This document shows, piece after piece, positions 9,775-18,672 of a stretch of 64,000 nucleotides of DNA. The DNA lies in contig DAOWGI010000011.1 in NCBI GenBank assembly GCA_030637655.1, forward strand, positions 1 to 64,000, read 5' to 3'. Within the stretch, counting starts at the first letter, position 1, and every line of letters starts with the position of its first letter. The notes beneath the pieces were generated by a model. That model saw only the letters and a program-made list of their open reading frames with translations, was not told the origin of the DNA and made no database searches. The translations under genes were made by a program, and so were the position numbers. This DNA comes from a candidate division FCPU426 bacterium. GTDB lineage: Bacteria; Oederibacteriota; JAAXVQ01; JAUVAV01.

Positions 9775-10116
9775 TTAACCGATTGCGTCTGTTCCGCTTT
9801 CTCCGGTGCGGACCCGGATGCATTGTGGCAAATCCAGTACGAAGATTTTCCCGTCCCCGATAGTTCCGGTCCGGGCGCCTCGTACAATGGCATCTACAGT
9901 GGGTTGCACGAACTCTTCATTCACCGCGATCTCGATTTTTGTTTTCGGCAGTAGATTGACTTCTACCACTTGACCGCGGAAGCTCTCGGTATACCCCTTT
10001 TGCTGACCGCAGCCTTTGACCTGCGAGACACTCATCTTATGCACACCAGCTTTAAAAAGCTCTTTTTTAACTGTCTCAAATTGTTCAGGCTGAATAAAAG
10101 CCTCGATTTTTTTCAT
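9775..10116 (-). CDS. glnK: PII nitrogen regulatory protein
   Basis: MKKIEAFI, GxGQQKG T-loop, LLPKTKIEI, TGTIGDGKIFV, RVRTGE; lies directly downstream of amtB. Confidence 0.93.
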   Translation of the reverse strand: MKKIEAFIQPEQFETVKKELFKAGVHKMSVSQVKGCGQQKGYTESFRGQVVEVNLLPKTKIEIAVNEEFVQPTVDAIVRGARTGTIGDGKIFVLDLPQCIRVRTGESGTDAIG

Positions 10117-10137
10117 GGGGATTCCTCCTTCGTTGAT

Positions 10138-10165
10138 GTAGGGGCGACCGGCTGGTCGCCCCTAC
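10138..10165. repeat. GTAG-REP
   Basis: GTAGGGGCGACC-ggct-GGTCGCCCCTAC palindrome between amtB and glnK. Confidence 0.85.
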
Positions 10166-10172
10166 GATTGTT

Positions 10173-11495
10173 TTACATATTGTGGTAACCTGCTTCACCA
10201 TGCTGGGTAAGATCCAGTCCAACCACTTCTTCGTGTTCCGGTATCCGGAGTCCCATGGTTTTATCCAGTATTTTGATAATAATAAAGGTCACCAGCATGC
10301 TATAAGCTGCTGTGGCAATGACTGCAATAAACTGGATCCACAGCTGGCCTGGATTGCCGTAAAAAAGACCATTGGCACCGCCGGCATTAATGGCTGTGCT
10401 GGCAAACAATCCGGTAGCGAGAGCGCCCCAGGTTCCGCCGACGCCATGAACACCAAACGCATCAAGCGAATCGTCATATCCAAGTTTGTTTTTCAATTGA
10501 ATAGCAGCAAAACAAATGGGGGATACCAGCGCACCAATAATAATCGCAGCCATAGGACCAACAAAACCAGCAGCAGGTGTAATGGCGACCAAGCCGGCCA
10601 CAGCACCGGAAGCAGCACCTAAGGCAGTTGGTTTGCCACGTAGTTTCCATTCCAGCAACATCCAGGAAACCAAACCTGCGGCAGCTGAAATATTCGTAAC
10701 CACAAAAGCAGATACAGCCAAACCGTTGGCAGCCAAAGCTGAACCGGCATTGAAACCAAACCAGCCAAACCAAAGAAGTGCAGTACCCATAAGAACCATG
10801 GTTAGATTATGCGGTAAAAGTGAAGCTGAACCAAATCCACGCCGCTTCCCTAAAACCAAGGTGACAACGAGAGCTGAAGTGCCTGAAGCAATATGGACAA
10901 CAGTTCCACCGGCAAAATCGAGAGCACCCAAATCTCCGAGCCATCCACCACCCCAAACCCAATGGGCTATTGGATCATAAACAAAGGTTGCCCATAACAC
11001 GACAAATACCGTAAAAGTAGAGAATTTGATTCTTTCTGCCAGGGAACCTGCAATCAAAGCAGGTGTGATAATAGCAAACATAGCTTGGAAGATCATAAAG
11101 GCAAGGTGCGGAATAGTGGGTGCGACTTCGGCAGGAGCTTGCCCAACGCCATTAAGCCCTAAATAGTTTAAGCCTCCAATAAAGTTTCCAATATCTGTGC
11201 CAAAGGCTAAACTGTATCCCCATAATGTCCATTGCAAACTAATAATAGCGAGTACTGCAAAAGATTGCATTATCGTACCAAGCACATTCTTCGTACGGAC
11301 CATACCACCGTAGAAAAGGCCTAAGCCCGGAGTCATCAGCATGACAAAGGCAGCTGAGACCATAATAAAAGTGGTATCACCAGCGCATAACTGCAATCCT
11401 TCGGCAGCTTTGGCAATCGAAGGAATACCGAGTATTAATAAGGCACAAATTTTGAGTCCCCATTTTCTGAACCAATAACCCAATTTTGATTTCAT
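10173..11495 (-). CDS. amtB: Ammonium transporter
   Basis: LMTPGLGLFYGGMVR, DFAGGTVVH, LWFGWFGFNAGS, DDSLDAFGVHG, GLDLTQHGE; N-terminal signal peptide. Confidence 0.96.
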   Translation of the reverse strand: MKSKLGYWFRKWGLKICALLILGIPSIAKAAEGLQLCAGDTTFIMVSAAFVMLMTPGLGLFYGGMVRTKNVLGTIMQSFAVLAIISLQWTLWGYSLAFGTDIGNFIGGLNYLGLNGVGQAPAEVAPTIPHLAFMIFQAMFAIITPALIAGSLAERIKFSTFTVFVVLWATFVYDPIAHWVWGGGWLGDLGALDFAGGTVVHIASGTSALVVTLVLGKRRGFGSASLLPHNLTMVLMGTALLWFGWFGFNAGSALAANGLAVSAFVVTNISAAAGLVSWMLLEWKLRGKPTALGAASGAVAGLVAITPAAGFVGPMAAIIIGALVSPICFAAIQLKNKLGYDDSLDAFGVHGVGGTWGALATGLFASTAINAGGANGLFYGNPGQLWIQFIAVIATAAYSMLVTFIIIKILDKTMGLRIPEHEEVVGLDLTQHGEAGYHNM

Positions 11496-11580
11496 TGAAA
11501 ATTTTCCTTTCGAAAATTACTTAGCGGGAAAGTATATCAAGGCTGGCAATGTCTTGGTGATGTCCCCTATAAATATATAA

Positions 11581-11596
11581 AGCAATAAAGATGCCA
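11581..11596 (-). promoter_or_regulatory. sigma54 (-24/-12) promoter of amtB-glnK
   Basis: Minus strand TGGCAT-CTTTA-TTGCT matches TGGCAC-N5-TTGC, ~85 bp upstream of the amtB start. Confidence 0.85.
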
Positions 11597-11693
11597 AAAA
11601 TGAAAATGAAACATTTTATATGTTTAGTCATGCAAGAGATGATATTGAAGATACTAGTATAGGTAATAAAATTAGTCTGATATTTAATTTTCA

Positions 11694-11721
11694 GTAGAGA
11701 CGCGCGATCGTGCGTCTCTAC
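11694..11721. repeat. GTAG-REP (GTAGAGAC subtype)
   Basis: GTAGAGACGCGCGATCGTGCGTCTCTAC; related copy at 22500-22526. Confidence 0.8.
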
Positions 11722-11763
11722 CCGGAAGGGAGACTGCAGGATGGAAGCAGGTGAAAATAATTT

Positions 11764-11815
11764 AACAAAAACGTAATATTTGTTTACACAAATACAAAAA
11801 TGTTGTATATACACA
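11764..11815. promoter_or_regulatory. Candidate enhancer (UAS) for the NifA-like activator
   Basis: TGT-N10-ACA at 11781-11796 and TACAAAAATGT at 11793-11803. The identical 11-mer occurs at 13539-13549 upstream of glnA. Confidence 0.55.
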
Positions 11816-11956
11816 TCCGACATAAAATACCTCTCATTCAATAGACGCAAGGAATCCCCGGACTTTAGTCCGGGGTTACCGCATTCCCTCTACCCTTTAG
11901 GGAGAGGGATAAAGGGTGAGGGTTCGGGGATGATTTATTTCCGGATTACATAAAAG

Positions 11957-13504
11957 GTGAGTACCATGGCAAAAACCATACATGAAGAACAAATTGAAAT
12001 TCTCCAATCCACATCCAAGATTATGGTGGAAACCTCGGATTTAGCCGGCATGCTACGTGCGATTCTGAAAATGCTCTCCGAAAAACTCAAATTGGATCGG
12101 GGAACCATTACTTTATTGGATGAGCGTACCGGCTTATTGTCTATTTCCGTGGCTCATGGATTAAGCAAAAAAGCGCAGGAGATGGGACAGTACCGGGTTG
12201 GTGAGGGAATTACCGGTAAGGTGGTGCAATCCGGACGTTCGGTGGTGATTCCGGATATTCGCAAGGACTCGCGTTTCTTGGACAAAACCGGCGCCCGTTC
12301 TTCTTTAGGGGATCGTCACATTGCATTTATTTGTGTTCCTATTAAAATTGAAGGCAAAAGCATTGGTGCGCTCAGTGTAGATAAAGATATAGCTGCGGGA
12401 CATCAATTGGAAGAAGATTTGGCCTTCTTAAAAATAATGGTACCTATGATCGCGCAAGCGGTAAAATTGAGCCGGCGTTTGGAAAAAGACCGCCAGTCTT
12501 TACAGGCTGAAAATACTCGTCTCAAGCAGGATTTGAAAGAAAAATTTGAGATCACTAATATGGTAGGCAAGTCCAATGCCATGCAGGAAGTCTATGCCAT
12601 GATAGAGCAAGTGGCGGAAAGTAATGCAACAGTGCTGATTCGTGGTGAGAGCGGAACCGGCAAAGAATTGGTAGCGCATGCTATTCATTACAACAGTTCT
12701 CGGGCACATAAACCTTTTGTTAAAGTAAACTGCAATGCTTTCCCGGAAACGCTGCTGGAGAGCGAACTGTTCGGGTATGAAAAAGGCGCTTTTACCGGTG
12801 CGGTGGAACGAAAAGTAGGACGCTTTGAATGGGCCCAGGGAGGAACATTATTTTTGGATGAGATTGGTGATTTTCCCATGAGTCTGCAGGTGAAATTGCT
12901 GCGCGTGCTGCAGACCCGGGAGTTTGAGCGTCTGGGTGGGCGTGAGACCATTAAAGCCAATGTTCGAATGATTGTAGCAACCAATAAAAATCTGGAAGTG
13001 GCTATAGAGAAACAGACGTTTCGGGAGGATCTGTATTACCGGATTAATGTATTTCCCATATTTATGCCGCTCTTACGCGAACGTAAAGACGATATTATGT
13101 TGTTGGCGGATTATTTTCTGGAGAAGTTCTCCCAAGAGAACAAGAAAGCCATTCAGCGTATTTCTACACCAGCCATTGAGATGCTGACCAGTTATCACTG
13201 GCCTGGCAATATTCGCGAGTTGGAGAATTGTATAGAACGCGGCGTGCTGCTCTGCAATGAGGGGGTTATTCGTTCTGAGCACTTGCCGCCTTCTTTGCAG
13301 ATGGTGGATACAGATATCACACCCCAGACCGGAATCTTTCTGGAGATTATGGAGAGCAAGGAAAAGGAGCTCTTGGTGGATGCGCTGAAAAAAAGCCGCG
13401 GCCGCCAGAAAAAAGCCGCGGAGTTTCTGGGTCTCTCAGAGCGGATTTTCAATTATAAGATTAAAAAGCATGGGATTTATCCCAGAGAGCATAAAAGTAA
13501 ATAG
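11957..13504 (+). CDS. NifA-like sigma54-dependent activator (GAF-AAA+-HTH)
   Basis: N-terminal GAF ([25 protein letters not shown]), [42 protein letters not shown]-terminal Fis-type HTH. Confidence 0.9.
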   Translation: MSTMAKTIHEEQIEILQSTSKIMVETSDLAGMLRAILKMLSEKLKLDRGTITLLDERTGLLSISVAHGLSKKAQEMGQYRVGEGITGKVVQSGRSVVIPDIRKDSRFLDKTGARSSLGDRHIAFICVPIKIEGKSIGALSVDKDIAAGHQLEEDLAFLKIMVPMIAQAVKLSRRLEKDRQSLQAENTRLKQDLKEKFEITNMVGKSNAMQEVYAMIEQVAESNATVLIRGESGTGKELVAHAIHYNSSRAHKPFVKVNCNAFPETLLESELFGYEKGAFTGAVERKVGRFEWAQGGTLFLDEIGDFPMSLQVKLLRVLQTREFERLGGRETIKANVRMIVATNKNLEVAIEKQTFREDLYYRINVFPIFMPLLRERKDDIMLLADYFLEKFSQENKKAIQRISTPAIEMLTSYHWPGNIRELENCIERGVLLCNEGVIRSEHLPPSLQMVDTDITPQTGIFLEIMESKEKELLVDALKKSRGRQKKAAEFLGLSERIFNYKIKKHGIYPREHKSK

Positions 13505-13649
13505 TATTACAAAAAAGCAATTAGTACCTATTAAAGTATACAAAAATGTAACAAAACGACATTAACTATTTTTACACTTTTTTACGGTGCTATTAATAAA
13601 ATACTTATTTTACAAGTAGATAATTGAGACTAGACGGTTTCTGAAAAAA

Positions 13650-13665
13650 TGGCATGGATGTTGCA
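13650..13665 (+). promoter_or_regulatory. sigma54 (-24/-12) promoter of glnA
   Basis: TGGCAT-GGATG-TTGCA, ~90 bp upstream of the glnA ATG. Confidence 0.87.
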
Positions 13666-13756
13666 GTATATCGGGATAACACCAAAAGCTCTTACCAAAG
13701 CATTGGAAAAAATGTGAAAGTAATGGTACTACGAAATTAACCTTAGGGGGTTTGTT

Positions 13757-15181
13757 ATGAGTGAGATCAAAACAGCCAAAGATGTACTGGAATTAATTAA
13801 GCAAGAAAAGGTGGAGTTTGTTGATTTACGTTTTATGGATTTTCCAGGACTATGGCAACACTGCACATATCCGGCATCTGAAGTGGATGAGGATGTTTTT
13901 GAAAAGGGAAAAGGCTTTGATGGTTCCAGTATTCGCGGCTGGCAGGTTATTAATGAGTCGGATATGCTGATTAAGCCTGTTCCTGAATCAGCCTTCATTG
14001 ATCCTTTTATGAAACATAAAACATTGATTATGATCTGTAATATCTGTGATCCCATTACGGGTGAAGATTATACCCGTGATCCGCGGCACGTAGCGCAAAA
14101 GGCGGTGAACTATATTAAGTCATTGGGAATCGCGGATCAGATTTTCTTCGGACCGGAACCTGAGTTTTTTGTTTTTGATGACATTCGTTTTGATCAGAAT
14201 GCGCATGAAGGGTACTACCATATTGATTCAGTGGAAGGCAAATGGAATACCGGTCGCGTAGAAGATCCGAATTTGGGTTATAAAATTCGTCATAAAGAAG
14301 GGTATTTCCCGGTGCCTCCGATGGATACGCTTATGGATTTGCGCAGCGAAATGGCAATCAATCTCGGGAAAGTCGGTATTGATGTGGAACTGCATCACCA
14401 CGAAGTGGCTTCAGGCGGACAATGTGAAATCGGCACCAAATTCAGCCCGTTGGTTCAAATGGCGGATAATCTGTTAAAGTTTAAATACATTGTTAAAAAT
14501 ACTGCCCGTCAGAGTAACAAGACAGTAACCTTTATGCCAAAACCGCTTTTTAGTGATAACGGCAGCGGCATGCACTGCCATTTCTCATTGTGGAAAGACG
14601 GCAAAAACCTGTTTGCGGGTGATGGGTATGCCGGGTTGTCAGAAGAAGCACTGTACGCTATTGGGGGTATTCTCAAACATGCGCCTGCGGTTTTGGGATT
14701 CACCAACCCGACTACCAATTCCTATAAACGTCTGGTGCCTGGTTTTGAAGCTCCTGTGAATTTGGCGTATTCCAGCCGGAATCGCAGCGCGGCCGTGCGT
14801 ATCCCAATGTACAGCACTTCGCCCAAAGCCAAGCGTATTGAGTTTCGTTGCCCGGATCCGAGCTGCAATCCGTATCTGGCCTTTGCTGCCATTGCCATGG
14901 CTGCAGTGGATGGTATTCAGAACAAGATTCATCCTGGTGATCCGCTGGACAAGAACATCTATGATTTGCCGGCAGAGGAAGCTGCCCAAGTATCCAAAAC
15001 ACCGGGTTCTTTGCGCGCTGCTTTGAACGCGTTGGCATCAGACCATGCTTTCTTGACCAAGGGCGATGTTTTTACGCAGGATGTGGTGGATACCTGGATC
15101 GATTATAAGATGGAGAACGAGGTGCAGGCTTTGGATCTGCGTCCGCATCCATGGGAATTCGCACTGTATTATGATATTTGA
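13757..15181 (+). CDS. glnA: Glutamine synthetase type I-beta
   Basis: [56 protein letters not shown]; adenylylation-site loop DKNIYDLP. Confidence 0.97.
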   Translation: MSEIKTAKDVLELIKQEKVEFVDLRFMDFPGLWQHCTYPASEVDEDVFEKGKGFDGSSIRGWQVINESDMLIKPVPESAFIDPFMKHKTLIMICNICDPITGEDYTRDPRHVAQKAVNYIKSLGIADQIFFGPEPEFFVFDDIRFDQNAHEGYYHIDSVEGKWNTGRVEDPNLGYKIRHKEGYFPVPPMDTLMDLRSEMAINLGKVGIDVELHHHEVASGGQCEIGTKFSPLVQMADNLLKFKYIVKNTARQSNKTVTFMPKPLFSDNGSGMHCHFSLWKDGKNLFAGDGYAGLSEEALYAIGGILKHAPAVLGFTNPTTNSYKRLVPGFEAPVNLAYSSRNRSAAVRIPMYSTSPKAKRIEFRCPDPSCNPYLAFAAIAMAAVDGIQNKIHPGDPLDKNIYDLPAEEAAQVSKTPGSLRAALNALASDHAFLTKGDVFTQDVVDTWIDYKMENEVQALDLRPHPWEFALYYDI

Positions 15182-15188
15182 TTTGCAT

Positions 15189-15245
15189 GTAGGGAACGGT
15201 CCCCCATCGGAATGCATGTAGGGAACGGTCGCGACCGTTCCCTAC
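15189..15245. repeat. GTAG-REP with partial tandem duplication
   Basis: TGCATGTAGGGAACGGTC occurs twice. The full palindrome GTAGGGAACGGTCGCGACCGTTCCCTAC is identical to 36304-36331. Confidence 0.85.
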
Positions 15246-15249
15246 GAAT

Positions 15250-15287
15250 AAAAAAGCCCCGCACCTTCTTGGTGCAGGGCTTTTTTT
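15250..15287 (+). terminator. Rho-independent (possibly bidirectional) terminator after glnA
   Basis: A-tract, GCCCCGCACC-ttctt-GGTGCAGGGC stem-loop, T7 tract. Confidence 0.8.
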
Positions 15288-15361
15288 GTATAATTATGCC
15301 TTGGCATGAAAAGAATGCTTGAATATTGGGTGAATAAGCCCGACAATGGCAGCGAAATGGT

Positions 15362-16003
15362 ATGGATTACTTTGATTTGGCGGTGTACGCAATGCGGCTA
15401 CTTATGCGTCTGTTTCTCTTTTCGCTTATGTTTTGGAGTGCCGGTTGCTCTGCACCCAAATCCATCCTGGAAATAAAGGATTTACCCTCTTTTCTCGATG
15501 TATCTTTGCACGGTATTGTGCTGCAGGATCCGGCAAGTGCGGAAAGCAAACTCACTGCGGATATTAAGATTATTGAGGAATACGGGCGCCGGCACGCCCA
15601 TTTTTATAATAAAGATCGGTATCAAATTATGACCTTGACCTATCATCCGGGAGATCCGGAAAACAGTTTTAGTGAATTTGCCGTGACCCGGGTAGATAAA
15701 CCCGGCATTGTGCTTATGAAGCAATTACCGGAGGTGGAACAATTTGTAACCGGCAAGGGAATTGCCGTTGGCATGAGCATTCACGCGGTAGTGGGAATTC
15801 TGGGGAAAACTGAAGATATGAAAGTGGAAGAGTATGCTGTTGATACACGTATAACCACATTAAATTACGCGTACGCGCAAGGATCATTTTTTAAAAGAAA
15901 TCAGTTGGAATATTATAGTGAGTATTCTTTTTTAAATGACCGCTTGAAATATTTTATGTTTGGGTTAAGGAAAAAGGATAAAGGACAAGAAAAATTACGT
16001 TGA
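15362..16003 (+). CDS. Putative lipoprotein, unknown function
   Basis: Hydrophobic N-terminus ending WSAGC (lipobox-like); the start may be a downstream Met. Confidence 0.6.
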   Translation: MDYFDLAVYAMRLLMRLFLFSLMFWSAGCSAPKSILEIKDLPSFLDVSLHGIVLQDPASAESKLTADIKIIEEYGRRHAHFYNKDRYQIMTLTYHPGDPENSFSEFAVTRVDKPGIVLMKQLPEVEQFVTGKGIAVGMSIHAVVGILGKTEDMKVEEYAVDTRITTLNYAYAQGSFFKRNQLEYYSEYSFLNDRLKYFMFGLRKKDKGQEKLR

Positions 16004-16137
16004 GAAAGCGAAAACACTGATTATCAACTGTATGAGCGGTTCCGCGCCTGAAAAGAATGAACACGATCAATGATAAAAAAAGTTTGCTCGCCAAACAAGC
16101 GAAGGAAAAATAATTTCCAGAGGTGTAGTGAAGTCGT

Positions 16138-18384
16138 ATGAAGCAAGTGATGAATGAAAAATTCGTGATGACCATTGCGGAAGAATTGAATTTGAATGTC
16201 AGGCAAGTGTTGGCCACACTCCTGCTCTTGCAAGATGATGCCACGGTTCCGTTCATTGCCCGTTATCGTAAGGAAATGACCGGCAGTTTAGACGAGGTTC
16301 AGGTAAGTGCGATCCGGGACCGGGCGGAAGCGCTGTTGGAATTGGAAAAACGTCAGACTGCTGTTTTGAAATCCCTGCATAACCAAGGGGAACTCACTCC
16401 GGAATTGGAAAAAGCTGTTAGGCAAGCCAAAACTATGGCTACGCTTGAAGACATTTACTTGCCGTACAAACCTAAACGCAAAACCCGCGCCAGTGTAGCT
16501 AGAGAAAAAGGGTTGGAACCTTTGGCGAAAATACTTTTGCAACAGGAGGACTTAAGTCCTGAAATCGCGGCTGAACCTTATGTGAATCCGGAAAAAGGAG
16601 TGGCGGCTATAGAGGAAGCGTTGCAGGGAGCGCGTGATATTATTGCCGAACGAGTTAGTGAAGATGCTGTGATTCGCGGTCAATTACGTGAGATATACCT
16701 AACGCAAGGTAAAATACATGCGCAAGTAATTAAAGGGAAAGAAACCGAGGGTCGGAAATTCAAAGATTATTTTGATTGGGAAGAACCCTTGCGGAGTATT
16801 CCTTCGCACCGTATGCTGGCCATTCGGCGGGGAAGGGAAGAGGGGTTTCTAACAGCCAAAATTACCAATGTAGAAGCCGCCGGTTTGCAGATTATAAAAA
16901 CCGCCTATGTGAAAAAACAAAACGTCTGCGCACAACAGGTGGAGAGAGCCGCGGAAGACAGTTATCAACGACTCTTGAGCTCTTCGTTACAGGCGGATGT
17001 GATGGTGGAAATGAAGAAACGAGCGGATGCTCAGGCCATCCGTGTGTTCGTGGAAAATATGCGGGAACTGTTAATGGCAGCACCCTTGGGACAGAAACGG
17101 GTCATGGGTATAGATCCTGGTTTTAGGACCGGATGTAAAGTGGTTTGCTTGGATGCGCAAGGCAAACTTTTATTTAATATCACAGTCTATCCCACCACAG
17201 GAGAACCTGGCCGTATTGACGCGGAGCGCATTATTCCCGCTTTGGGCAAGAAGTTTGAGATTGAGGCCATTGCTATTGGTAATGGAACAGCCGGCCGGGA
17301 AACCGAGGCTTTTGTACGTAATTTGAATTTATCCGTTCCGGTGGTTATGGTCAGTGAGAGCGGAGCATCCATCTATTCCGCCTCCGCAGTTGCCAGAGAA
17401 GAATTTCCGGATCACGATGTGACTGTCCGGGGCGCTGTTTCGATTGGTCGACGTCTGATCGATCCTTTGGCGGAATTGGTGAAAATTGATCCCAAGTCCA
17501 TTGGGGTTGGACAGTATCAGCATGATGTGAACCAACGGGCACTGAAAAAGAGTCTGGATGATGTGGTCATGAGTTGTGTCAATGCAGTTGGCGTAGATGT
17601 AAATACCGCCAGTAAGCAAATTTTAAATTATGTTTCCGGACTGGGCGCTCGCTTGGCCCAAAATATTATACAGTACCGGGACGAGTATGGCGCTTTTGGA
17701 AGCCGTGAGGATCTGAAAAAGGTTCCTCTGTTGGGGTCCCAGGCTTACGAACAAGCTGCCGGATTTTTACGCGTGCCAACTTCTGATAATGGGTTGGATG
17801 CCGGCGCGGTGCATCCGGAACGCTATCCCTTGGTTGAAAAAATGGCCCGGGATATTGGCTGTACGGTAATTGAGTTGCTGAAGAATAAAAATATGCGGGA
17901 TCAAATTGAGGTTAAAAAATATGTATCGGAAGAGACGGGGCTTCCAACCTTGCAAGATATTCTGCAGGAATTGGATAAACCCGGCCGGGACCCGAGGCGG
18001 CAATTTGAGATTTTTACTTTTTCAGAAGATGCCCATGAAATCACTGACCTGCGGGAAGGTATGGTGCTGCCGGGGATAGTCACCAATGTGGCGGATTTTG
18101 GCGCTTTTGTGGATGTGGGTGTGCATCAGGACGGCCTGGTGCATGTGAGTGAATTGGCGAATCATTTTGTCCGCGATCCTCGGGAGGTGGTCAAAGTGCA
18201 GCAAACGGTTAACGTGACCGTTCTGTCAGTAGATCTGGAGCGGCGTAGAATTGCTCTGTCTCTGCGTTCGGAACCAGGGTCCGGAAGCCGCGGCAACCGG
18301 GAACAACGTAAAACCGGGGATTCCCCTGCGGTCCGGGGCGACTGGGCGGATAAACTCCACGCGCTGAAAAATAAATGGCGATGA
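16138..18384 (+). CDS. tex: Tex-family RNA-binding transcription accessory protein
   Basis: ATVPFIARYRKE, LEDIYLPYKPKR, GIDPGFRTGCK, SESGASIYSAS, IDPKSIGVGQYQHDV, C-terminal S1 domain (FGAFVDVGVHQDGLVH). Confidence 0.95.
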   Translation: MKQVMNEKFVMTIAEELNLNVRQVLATLLLLQDDATVPFIARYRKEMTGSLDEVQVSAIRDRAEALLELEKRQTAVLKSLHNQGELTPELEKAVRQAKTMATLEDIYLPYKPKRKTRASVAREKGLEPLAKILLQQEDLSPEIAAEPYVNPEKGVAAIEEALQGARDIIAERVSEDAVIRGQLREIYLTQGKIHAQVIKGKETEGRKFKDYFDWEEPLRSIPSHRMLAIRRGREEGFLTAKITNVEAAGLQIIKTAYVKKQNVCAQQVERAAEDSYQRLLSSSLQADVMVEMKKRADAQAIRVFVENMRELLMAAPLGQKRVMGIDPGFRTGCKVVCLDAQGKLLFNITVYPTTGEPGRIDAERIIPALGKKFEIEAIAIGNGTAGRETEAFVRNLNLSVPVVMVSESGASIYSASAVAREEFPDHDVTVRGAVSIGRRLIDPLAELVKIDPKSIGVGQYQHDVNQRALKKSLDDVVMSCVNAVGVDVNTASKQILNYVSGLGARLAQNIIQYRDEYGAFGSREDLKKVPLLGSQAYEQAAGFLRVPTSDNGLDAGAVHPERYPLVEKMARDIGCTVIELLKNKNMRDQIEVKKYVSEETGLPTLQDILQELDKPGRDPRRQFEIFTFSEDAHEITDLREGMVLPGIVTNVADFGAFVDVGVHQDGLVHVSELANHFVRDPREVVKVQQTVNVTVLSVDLERRRIALSLRSEPGSGSRGNREQRKTGDSPAVRGDWADKLHALKNKWR

Positions 18385-18392
18385 TTGCATTA

Positions 18393-18659
18393 CTATGTCT
18401 ATAATTTAATTGTGGGGCACGGCCCTACGCCTAGAATCTTAGGGCGCCCCATTCGCCTTGGCAGGGCGCGATAAATCGCGCCCCTACAGATGATCTCCTA
18501 TCACCATTCTTATTTAGGTTCGACGAATTGTCTTCAATCTTTTTCCTGATTATCGTAATATGACCTATGTCTATAATTTAATTGTAGGGGCGCCCCTGCG
18601 CCTAGAATCTTAGGGCGCACCATCCGCCTTGGCAAAACGCGATAAATCGCGCCCCTACA
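18393..18659. repeat. Two ~95-bp direct repeats, each a REP doublet (REPIN/BIME-like)
   Basis: CTATGTCTATAATTTAATTGT...CGCGATAAATCGCGCCCCTACA at 18393-18488 and 18565-18659. Confidence 0.85.
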
Positions 18660-18672
18660 TAAGGATTCGCTA

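Noticed and set aside
11521-11850. 109-aa minus-strand ORF upstream of amtB
   Set aside because: It spans the sigma54 promoter, a REP and the enhancer region, and its composition is not protein-like.
11957-13504. Evidence for nitrogen fixation (nifA)
   Set aside because: No nif structural genes are in the window and the flanking targets are amtB-glnK and glnA, so the gene symbol is withheld.
18393-18659. CRISPR array
   Set aside because: Only two long REP-derived copies, no regular repeat-spacer periodicity and no cas genes. No CRISPR array was seen anywhere in the window.
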